This document shows positions 56,523 through 64,000 of a stretch of DNA of 64,000 nucleotides, piece after piece (within the stretch, counting starts at the first letter, position 1; each line of letters begins with the position of its first letter). The translations under genes and the position numbers were made by a program. Under the pieces are notes generated by a model that worked only from the letters and a program-made list of their open reading frames with translations, searched no databases and had not been told where the DNA came from. This stretch comes from Candidatus Latescibacterota bacterium (GTDB lineage Bacteria > JAAXHH01): NCBI GenBank assembly GCA_022822725.1, contig JAJEAN010000002.1, forward strand, positions 185,705 through 249,704. The letters are read 5' to 3'.

Positions 56523-57647
56523 ATGAAAATAACGCACGTGGGGGCCGTGCTGCTCCAGCCTATGCCCTGGGTGCTGGTCAAGGTGAAGACCGACGAGGGA
56601 CTGGTCGGTATCGGCGAGGCCTATCACGGTGCCGGGGTCCACCAGATCGCCACCGATCCCAGGCTGGTCGACCGGGCGCTCCTCGGCCAGGACCCGCGGA
56701 ACGTGGACCGGCTTTTTCACGACATGATGGGGTCCATGTCCGCCTCCGGCTTCTACCAGGGCGCGGTCATGAGCGCCATCAGCGGGATCGAAATGGCCCT
56801 CTGGGACATCACGGGACAGGCCTGCGGCGTGCCCATCTGGCAACTGCTCGGTGGCAAGTTCAGGGACCGCATCCGCGTATACAACGACTGTCACGCGGGA
56901 GACGAAGAAACGCCGGAGGCCTACGCGGAGAAGGCCAAAGCCGTGGAAGCCCGGGGCTTCGACGCCATCAAGTTCGACATCGATCCCCAGCCTTCCCGGC
57001 GCGACCGGTACAACCGGACCATCAGCAACCACGACGTGGCTTACTTCGTCGATGTCATCACGGCCTTGCGGGAGGCCCTGGACCCCAACACCGACCTGCT
57101 CATCGACGCCCACTGGAACTACGCGCCGGTGGATATACTCAAGGTGGCCTACGCCATCGAGGGCCTCGACCTGATGTGGCTGGAGGACCCCGTGCCGCCG
57201 GAGAACATCGAGGCCATGGCGAAGGTGACCCAGGCCACGCGCGTCCCCATCTGCACCGGGGAGAATTTCTATACGCGCCACGGCTTCCGGGAGCTCATCG
57301 AGGCGCAGGCCGCGGACATCATCTCTCCCGACCACGCCAAGGCGGGAGGCCTGCTGGAGGGCCGGAAGATCGCCGACCTTGCCGACATGTACTACATGCC
57401 CATTTCGCCACACAACATCTGCGGCCCCATCGGGACGATCGCCGTCTGCCATCTGTGCGCGGCGGTGCCCAATTTCCAGGTGCTCGAATTCCACCATCTG
57501 GACGACGAGGTGTGGAACACGCTGACGGTTGAACGTGACCTGATCCGGGACGGGCACATCGACCTGCCCATGTCGCCGGGCCTGGGTGTCACACTGGACG
57601 AGGAAGCGGCGCGGCGCGCGACCCGGGAGGACCGGGGCTTCTTCTGA
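56523..57647 (+). CDS. Enolase-superfamily acid-sugar dehydratase (DgoD-like)
   Basis: AISGIEMALWDI, KFD, DAH, EDP, TGE and PHN motifs. Confidence 0.92.
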   Translation: MKITHVGAVLLQPMPWVLVKVKTDEGLVGIGEAYHGAGVHQIATDPRLVDRALLGQDPRNVDRLFHDMMGSMSASGFYQGAVMSAISGIEMALWDITGQACGVPIWQLLGGKFRDRIRVYNDCHAGDEETPEAYAEKAKAVEARGFDAIKFDIDPQPSRRDRYNRTISNHDVAYFVDVITALREALDPNTDLLIDAHWNYAPVDILKVAYAIEGLDLMWLEDPVPPENIEAMAKVTQATRVPICTGENFYTRHGFRELIEAQAADIISPDHAKAGGLLEGRKIADLADMYYMPISPHNICGPIGTIAVCHLCAAVPNFQVLEFHHLDDEVWNTLTVERDLIRDGHIDLPMSPGLGVTLDEEAARRATREDRGFF

Positions 57648-57673
57648 CCAGGCGTGATGAGCAGGAACGAATC

Positions 57674-58687
57674 ATGAGCGAAACAGTATTCGGTGGCGCC
57701 ACCGAGCGCGACGCCCCCCTGATGGACATCCAACGGGCCGAACTGCCTGTGCGCATCGGCATCTCGTCCTGCCTGCTCGGTGAGCGGGTCCGCTACGACG
57801 GGGGGCACAAGCGCGACGACTACCTCGTGGACGTGGTCGGCCGTTACGTGGAGTGGATCCCGGTCTGTCCGGAAGTGGAAGCGGGCATGGGTACGCCGCG
57901 GGAGACCGTGCAGTTGACCCGGCTGGACGGCGATATCCGGATGCTGACGAAGAACGGCGTCGATCACACCGACAAGGTGGACTGGTTCGCCCGGCAACGC
58001 GTGCAGACCCTGGAGCAGGCCAGGCTCAGCGGATACATCCTGAAGAGCCGGTCACCTTCCTGCGGCATGGGAAAAGTACCCGTGGTCCAGCCCGAGGGCG
58101 CCGCGCTGCGAAACGGGCGCGGGGTTTTTGCCCGGCGGCTGATGGATACCCTGCCCCATCTGCCCGTGGAAGAAGAGCAGCGGTTGCATAATCCTCGGGG
58201 CCGGGAGAACTTCATCAGCCGGGTCTTTGCCTGCTACCGCTGGCTGCAACTCGCCGATTCGGGCCTGACCCGGCAATCGCTGATGAGCTATCACCGGGCC
58301 TACAAGTACCTTCTCATGGCCCACAGCCAGGAGGGCACGCGCCGTCTCGGACGGCTGCTGGCGAAACCGGAGCGCTACGCCACCACCGGCGAACTGGCGG
58401 ACGCCTACCTGGACGAATTCAATCGGGTCATGAAACGAACGCCGTCCCGGCGGAACCATACCAACGTGCTGCAGCATATGGCGGGCTATGTCTCCGACCG
58501 GCTCGACGCACGCACGCGCCGTGAACTGACGCGGATGATCCAGAAGTACCACGAGGAGCTCCTGCCCCTGATCGTGCCCGTGGTCATGCTGCGGCACTAC
58601 GTGCGGGAGTTCGGCATCACCTACCTGCAGGACCAGACCTACCTCCATCCTTTCCCCGGCGAACTGATGCTGCTCAACCAGTTGTAG
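57674..58687 (+). CDS. DUF523 + DUF1722 protein (YbbK/YbgA, 2-thiouracil desulfurase-like)
   Basis: GISSCLLGERVRYDGGH, CPEV, SPSCG and KYLLMAH motifs. Confidence 0.93.
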   Translation: MSETVFGGATERDAPLMDIQRAELPVRIGISSCLLGERVRYDGGHKRDDYLVDVVGRYVEWIPVCPEVEAGMGTPRETVQLTRLDGDIRMLTKNGVDHTDKVDWFARQRVQTLEQARLSGYILKSRSPSCGMGKVPVVQPEGAALRNGRGVFARRLMDTLPHLPVEEEQRLHNPRGRENFISRVFACYRWLQLADSGLTRQSLMSYHRAYKYLLMAHSQEGTRRLGRLLAKPERYATTGELADAYLDEFNRVMKRTPSRRNHTNVLQHMAGYVSDRLDARTRRELTRMIQKYHEELLPLIVPVVMLRHYVREFGITYLQDQTYLHPFPGELMLLNQL

Positions 58688-58851
58688 CGCCCCCGAATCG
58701 CGGCGGCGTGCAGCGGGTTCGCAGGGCTCAGGACATACTCCTTGACCGGACATTTCGGGGCCGTTTTCTTAGGTTGATTGTCTTCCGGCGCGAATCTGCG
58801 CCGCGTACCGTGTCCTTTACCATAAACTGTTGCCTGCGAGGACGGCGGAAT

Positions 58852-59628
58852 ATGACGCGGAAAGCCCTGTCCATCCAGCTCAACGACGCGCAGGTCGCCC
58901 GGTTCCACGACGAAGGCTATCTCGTCGTCCCGGACCTGCTGACGGCGGATGAGGTCGACGCCTTCGTCCGGCACCAGGCCGATCCGGAAGCCGAATCCCT
59001 GCGGCAGGGACTTCGTACCCACCTGTCCGACCCCTACTGGCGCGAACTGGCCCACCATCCCAACGTTGCCGGCGTCGCCCGACAGATCCTGGGCGGGCGG
59101 CCCCGTATCGTACAGACCATGTACATGGCCAAGGAACCGGCCGGACCGGACCAGGAACTGGGCGGTGCCGGCATCTCGCTGCACCAGGACTCCCATTACC
59201 TGCCCAACGAACCCGATACGCTGATGGCCTGCTGGATCGCCATGAGCGATACCGATCCGGAGAACGGCGGCCTGTGCGTGGCCCCGGGCAGCCACAAGGA
59301 CACCTTGCGCGAGACGACCCTGAATACCAATCCGGAACATACGAGCTGGGAAAGCGACTACGGCATGCGGTCGCCCGACGGACGCGAGTGGACCGAGAAG
59401 CTCTACTCCTTCGACGTGGTGGGTATCGAAGAAGACGACCTCGTCCGGCTGACCGTGCCGCGCGGCAGCGGTGTGTTCTTCACCAGCAGGACGGTGCACG
59501 GTTCCTACGCCAACCGGTCGCGCACCCGGCCGCGCCTGGCCTTCACCGTCCACTACGTGAAGGAAGGCACCTGGGTGTTCCGGACCGACGTGCAGGATAC
59601 GACCCCGGTGGACCTGCCGGAAACCTGA
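58852..59628 (+). CDS. PhyH-family dioxygenase
   Basis: LHQD, ENGGLCVAPGSH and VHGSYANRS motifs. Confidence 0.92.
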   Translation: MTRKALSIQLNDAQVARFHDEGYLVVPDLLTADEVDAFVRHQADPEAESLRQGLRTHLSDPYWRELAHHPNVAGVARQILGGRPRIVQTMYMAKEPAGPDQELGGAGISLHQDSHYLPNEPDTLMACWIAMSDTDPENGGLCVAPGSHKDTLRETTLNTNPEHTSWESDYGMRSPDGREWTEKLYSFDVVGIEEDDLVRLTVPRGSGVFFTSRTVHGSYANRSRTRPRLAFTVHYVKEGTWVFRTDVQDTTPVDLPET

Positions 59629-59651
59629 CCTGCGCATTTCCTGGAGAATCC

Positions 59652-60623
59652 ATGGAACGCCTGAACGTCCTGCTGCTTCCCGTACGCCCTATTTACAGCC
59701 CGTGGTGCGTGGACATCCGGGATGCCATCGGCGACCGCCACGAATTGCGGGAACTCGACGATGACAGGCCCCTGGCGCCCCAGTTCGCCGGCGTGGACGT
59801 GGTGATCGACCAGGGCGGCAGCCGGGGCACGCGGGAAATGATGGACGCCGCGGCCGACTGCCGGCTGTGGCAGATCGTGGGCACGGGATTCGACCACTTC
59901 GACCTGGCCTACATCAAGACGAAGGGCATCCCCACGGCAAACACGCCCGGACTTTTCAGCGACGTCGCACTGGCCGAGACCGCCATGATGTTCATCATTA
60001 TGGTCTCGCGGCGTTACCAGGAAGCGGCGGACAACTTCGCCGGCGGACGATTCTACGATCCGCTCGGATACGAGTTGGAGCACCAGACGCTGGGCATCGT
60101 GGGATTCGGTGCGAGCGGCCAGGCACTGGCCCGCCGGGCCAAGCCCTTCGGCATGCGGATCCTGGGCATCGACGTCCGGGAGATCGAACCCGAGGTCCTC
60201 GACGACATTCAACCGGACTTCATCGGCGGCCCGGACGATCTGGACCGGGTCGCGGCCGAAAGCGACTTCCTCTCCCTGCACCTGCATCTGAACGACGAGA
60301 CCCGCCACATCATCGACGGCCGGCGGCTGGGACTCATGAAACCGACGGCCAGCGTCATCAACGTGGCCCGCGGCGCCCTCGTGGACGAAGCGGCCCTCTA
60401 CGACGCCCTCGTCGATGGGAAGATCGGAGGGGCCGGGCTCGACGTCTTCGCCAAGGAACCGCCCGATCCCTCCCTTCCCGTCTACCAGTTGCCCAACGTG
60501 GTCGTCACGCCACATATCGCCGGGGTGACGGACGGCACCTCCCGCCGGCGGGCCGCCGTGGCCGCGGAGAATACGGACCGGGTCGCCCGGGGCCTGGAAC
60601 CCCTTTACCGGATCGACCTGTGA
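59652..60623 (+). CDS. D-isomer-specific 2-hydroxyacid dehydrogenase
   Basis: GIVGFGASG, INVARG, DVFAKEP and TPHIAG motifs. Confidence 0.93.
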   Translation: MERLNVLLLPVRPIYSPWCVDIRDAIGDRHELRELDDDRPLAPQFAGVDVVIDQGGSRGTREMMDAAADCRLWQIVGTGFDHFDLAYIKTKGIPTANTPGLFSDVALAETAMMFIIMVSRRYQEAADNFAGGRFYDPLGYELEHQTLGIVGFGASGQALARRAKPFGMRILGIDVREIEPEVLDDIQPDFIGGPDDLDRVAAESDFLSLHLHLNDETRHIIDGRRLGLMKPTASVINVARGALVDEAALYDALVDGKIGGAGLDVFAKEPPDPSLPVYQLPNVVVTPHIAGVTDGTSRRRAAVAAENTDRVARGLEPLYRIDL

Positions 60624-60657
60624 CCGTCCAGTCAACTTTCCCGGAAACCTGCCCTCC

Positions 60658-62316
60658 ATGCCGCAGATGACCACTGCCGAAGCCATCGTCCGGACGCTGA
60701 TCTCCCACGGTATCGATACCGTCTTCGGACTGCCGGGTGTGCAGAACGACGCCCTCTACAATGCGTTCTTCGACCATCGAGACGAAATACGCGTCGTCCA
60801 CACCCGCCACGAGCAGGGCGCGGCGTACATGGCCCTCGGATACGCCCTCTCGACGGACCGGGCCGGGGTCTACAACGTGGTCCCGGGACCGGGGTTTCTC
60901 AACGGAACCGCCGCCCTGTCCACGGCCTATGCCACCAACGCGAAGGTGCTCTGCCTGACGGGCGAGATCCCGACGAAGTACCTCGGGCGCCACACGGGCC
61001 AGCTGCACGAGATCAACGGCCAGCTCGACGTGCTGCGGTCCCTGACCAAGTGGGCCGCCCGGATCGACAGCACCGCCGGTGCGCCTTCCAGGACGGCCGA
61101 GGCCATCCGGCAGCTGAACTCAGGCCGGCCGCGCCCCGTGGGCCTGGAATGCCCCTGGGACGTGCTCGCGTCCGAGGGCGAAGCGCCGCGCATTCCGGGA
61201 CCGTTAGCCGTATCCAATCCCCCGGTGGACGCCGGGATGGTCGACGCCGCCGCGCGGAAACTGGGCCGGGCCGAAAACCCCATGATCTTCGTCGGCCGCG
61301 GCGCCATGAACGTTTCCGGAGAGATCACACGGCTCGCTGAAATGCTCCAGGCACCGGTCATCGGGTACCGGACGGGCCGCGGCGTACTCGACAGCCGCCA
61401 CTACCTGAGCCACCCCAACCCCGCGGCCCACAAGCTCTGGGCGAAGGTGGACGTCGTCCTCGCCGTGGGGTCCAGGCTCGCTATCCCCCAACTCTACTGG
61501 GGTGTGGACGAGAACCTGACGACCATACGGATCGAAGTGGACGCCCGGGCCCAGGACCGCATCGCCCGGCCGGATATCGCCATCACCGCACGGTCCGAAG
61601 ACGCCATGCCCCTGCTGGTCGAAGCGGTGGAAAGACACAACCGCGCCCGCGCGTCCCGGGAAGCCGAAATGCGCGCGCTGAAGGCGGAGACCGAGGAGAT
61701 GTTCGCGTTCCTGGAACCCCAGACCTCATTTCTGCGGGTGATCCGGGAAGAACTGGGCGAGGACGGCCTCTTCGTGGAAGAACTGACCCAGGTGGGTTAC
61801 GCCGCCCGGCAGATCATGCCCGTGTACAAACCCTACACCTTCATCTCCACGGGTTACCAGGGCACCCTGGGCTGGGGCTTCCCCACGGCCCTGGGCGTGA
61901 AGGTCGCCCACCCGGACCGGCCCGTCATCTCCGTAACGGGCGACGGCGGGTTCATGTTCGGCGTGCAGGAACTGGCCACGGCCGTCCAGCACCGCATCGG
62001 CCTGGTGACGCTCCTTTTCAACGACAACGCCTACGGCAACGTAAAGCGGATGCAGCAGAAACTGTACGGCAACCGGGTGATCGCCTCCGACCTGCACAAC
62101 CCCGATTTCGTCCGGATGGCCGAGTCCTTCGGCGCCCGGGGCATCCGGGCAGAGACCCCGGAGGAGCTGCGCCGGGTCATCCGCGCGGGGTTCGCCGAAG
62201 ACGGTCCCACCCTGGTGGAGATTCCGGTAGGCGAGATGCCGGACGTGGACCGCTTCAAGCGGGGGGCCCGTGTGCGGGGCACGGCCGAACGTTCCGAACA
62301 CGCCCTGCAGTGGTAG
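60658..62316 (+). CDS. Thiamine-pyrophosphate-dependent enzyme
   Basis: RHEQGAAYMA, GYQGTLG and GDGGFMF..N motifs. Confidence 0.93.
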   Translation: MPQMTTAEAIVRTLISHGIDTVFGLPGVQNDALYNAFFDHRDEIRVVHTRHEQGAAYMALGYALSTDRAGVYNVVPGPGFLNGTAALSTAYATNAKVLCLTGEIPTKYLGRHTGQLHEINGQLDVLRSLTKWAARIDSTAGAPSRTAEAIRQLNSGRPRPVGLECPWDVLASEGEAPRIPGPLAVSNPPVDAGMVDAAARKLGRAENPMIFVGRGAMNVSGEITRLAEMLQAPVIGYRTGRGVLDSRHYLSHPNPAAHKLWAKVDVVLAVGSRLAIPQLYWGVDENLTTIRIEVDARAQDRIARPDIAITARSEDAMPLLVEAVERHNRARASREAEMRALKAETEEMFAFLEPQTSFLRVIREELGEDGLFVEELTQVGYAARQIMPVYKPYTFISTGYQGTLGWGFPTALGVKVAHPDRPVISVTGDGGFMFGVQELATAVQHRIGLVTLLFNDNAYGNVKRMQQKLYGNRVIASDLHNPDFVRMAESFGARGIRAETPEELRRVIRAGFAEDGPTLVEIPVGEMPDVDRFKRGARVRGTAERSEHALQW

Positions 62317-62324
62317 GACCCGGG

Positions 62325-62387
62325 GCCGCGCATCAGGAAGCCAGGGCCGCATATCCGGATGCCAGCCGCACATCAGGAAGCCAGCCG
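62325..62387. repeat. 19-21-bp tandem array x3 after the TPP gene stop
   Basis: gccgcRYatcMggaWgcca units. Confidence 0.85.
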
Positions 62388-62414
62388 GGCAGTCGTGCAC
62401 GGACTCGCACAGAT

Positions 62415-63287
62415 ATGTTCTTGATTCCCGAAGACAGCGGGCTTTACCGGACCCTTCAGCACCTGGCGGACACCCGGAAGATGGTGTTCCTCGCCGGACT
62501 GCCGGGCACCGGGAAGAGCCTCCTGTTGCAACAGTTGGCCATCATAGCCCACGGCCACGGGCGCACACCCCACCTGCTCCAGTGGGACGTCTGCCGGCTG
62601 CCGTTCTTGACAAACGACCGCGTGAAGGAACATTATCACGAGAAGGACGGGATCACCCACGCCGGCGTACGCAAGGCGGTGGGCTTATGGGCCAGGCGCG
62701 CCGTCGGACACTGGGCCCATATGCACCGGGCCGACCGGGATATCCTCATCGGCGAGGTCCCGGTCATCGGCAACCGGCTGGTCGAACTCGTCCGCAGGGA
62801 ACAGGACCCCGTCGAATCCCTGCTCTCGGACGGGGCATCCGCCTACTTCGCCATACCGACGCCCTCCCGGCAGGTCAGGCGGGTCATCGAGGCACAGCGC
62901 AAGGAACGGAGCGTCAGCCCGCTGCACGAGCGGGAGAAGGGGGACGCGCAGCCCGACATCATGTACGCGCTGTGGGAAGACCTGCGCGCGGTGGCGTTGC
63001 GATTGGGCCTGCTCGATGAAAAGGAGGAGGCATGCGGGACGGGCGCGTACGACCCGGACCTGTATTGCGACACCTACTCCGCCCTGCTCAAGCGCCGGCC
63101 CTCGGGACGGATCGACCTGGACATGCTCCTGTCCACGGAAGGCCGGTCGGTCTACGACCTGTCCGCCGGACAGCGGGACCTCGTCCCGTCGGCGCGTGAA
63201 GTCGAAGCCGCCGTCCGGGAGATGGAAAACCGGTATCCCGGTCCCGAAGCACTGGAGCAAGCCGTGGAACAGTGGTACGAGGTGTAA
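62415..63287 (+). CDS. Hypothetical P-loop NTPase
   Basis: Walker A GLPGTGKS and a Walker-B-like ILIGE. Confidence 0.75.
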   Translation: MFLIPEDSGLYRTLQHLADTRKMVFLAGLPGTGKSLLLQQLAIIAHGHGRTPHLLQWDVCRLPFLTNDRVKEHYHEKDGITHAGVRKAVGLWARRAVGHWAHMHRADRDILIGEVPVIGNRLVELVRREQDPVESLLSDGASAYFAIPTPSRQVRRVIEAQRKERSVSPLHEREKGDAQPDIMYALWEDLRAVALRLGLLDEKEEACGTGAYDPDLYCDTYSALLKRRPSGRIDLDMLLSTEGRSVYDLSAGQRDLVPSAREVEAAVREMENRYPGPEALEQAVEQWYEV

Positions 63288-63309
63288 TCGTGTATAACGG
63301 AGATCAAGT

Positions 63310-64000
63310 ATGAAAACAGCGCGCTTCGCCTGCAACGGCCAGGTCCTCGAGGCCGTCTTCGAGAACGGACAACTCATGGTGGGCACGGTCGCCTACGATC
63401 CGGAGGACGTCATGTTCCTGCCGCCGGTGGACCATACGAGCAAGGCCATCGGCGTCGCGCTGGGGTACACCGAGCACGCGAAGGAGCTGAACCTGGACCT
63501 GCCCGAGGAACCCATCCTTTTCAACAAGATGCCCCAGACCTTCATCGGCCACCGGGCGAAGATCGTGGTTCCCCCGGAATTCGACTACCTGCACTACGAA
63601 TGCGAACTCGTCGCCGTGATCGGCCGACCGGCCCGGAAGGTGAAGGCCGATCGCGCCCTGGACTACGTGGGGGGCTATACCATCGGCAACGACCTGACGA
63701 TCCGGGATTTCGTGAGCAATTACTTCAGGCCGCCGATCAAGGCCAAGGGTTTCGACACCTTCGGCCCGCTCGGTCCCTTCCTCACCACCGCGGACGAAAT
63801 AGATCCCGCCGACGTGCGCCTGCGCACCTACGTCAACGGGGAACTCCGCCAGGAAGGCTGGACCGGCGACCTGCGCCACGGCGTCTGCGAACTCATCGAG
63901 TACATCACCGCCTACATGACCCTGAACCCCGGGGACATGATATGGACGGGCACGCCGGAAGGCATATCCCACATCCATGCGGGCGACAGTCTCCGGCTGG
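63310..64000 (+). CDS. Fumarylacetoacetate hydrolase family (HpaG-like), runs off the right edge
   Basis: Manual translation gives HYECEL, GNDLTIRD, KAKGFDTFGPLGP and TGTP. Not in the ORF track. Confidence 0.92.
   Translation, partial: MKTARFACNGQVLEAVFENGQLMVGTVAYDPEDVMFLPPVDHTSKAIGVALGYTEHAKELNLDLPEEPILFNKMPQTFIGHRAKIVVPPEFDYLHYECELVAVIGRPARKVKADRALDYVGGYTIGNDLTIRDFVSNYFRPPIKAKGFDTFGPLGPFLTTADEIDPADVRLRTYVNGELRQEGWTGDLRHGVCELIEYITAYMTLNPGDMIWTGTPEGISHIHAGDSLRL

Noticed and set aside
1-64000. tRNA/rRNA, prophage, IS, integrase, reverse transcriptase or defence systems
   Set aside because: I recognised no such motifs in the ORFs or intergenic regions.

Overview
This is a GC-rich (about 65% by eye), gene-dense chromosomal window from a diderm bacterium, with TonB receptors, LPS heptosyltransferases and a PD40-type Ser/Thr kinase. 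Multiple PhyH, enolase-superfamily, Gfo/Idh/MocA, AKR and TPP enzymes suggest an FCB-group (Latescibacterota/Gemmatimonadota-like) heterotroph; this placement is inference only. I found about 57 CDS and no rRNA, tRNA, CRISPR array, integrase or transposase. Main highlights: (1) a 70-aa membrane protein (3794-4006, -) that the ORF track does not call, with an in-frame UGA at codon 3, a good RBS and an fdhF-like SECIS hairpin exactly 11 nt downstream, making it a candidate new selenoprotein; (2) more than 20 mutually unrelated short tandem arrays that copy local sequence, located at stop codons, in 5' UTRs between promoter and RBS, and in frame inside protein loops; (3) a DUF2946-like CxxC/RAPP arrest-peptide leader ahead of a His-rich lipoprotein and a TonB receptor; (4) an orphan bL38/DUF4295-like small protein and Cys-poor L33/L28; (5) two repeat-built, membrane-anchored coiled-coil proteins, one frameshifted; (6) a PfkB kinase-KdsD/SIS fusion. 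All family assignments come from motif recognition by eye, not from database searches.
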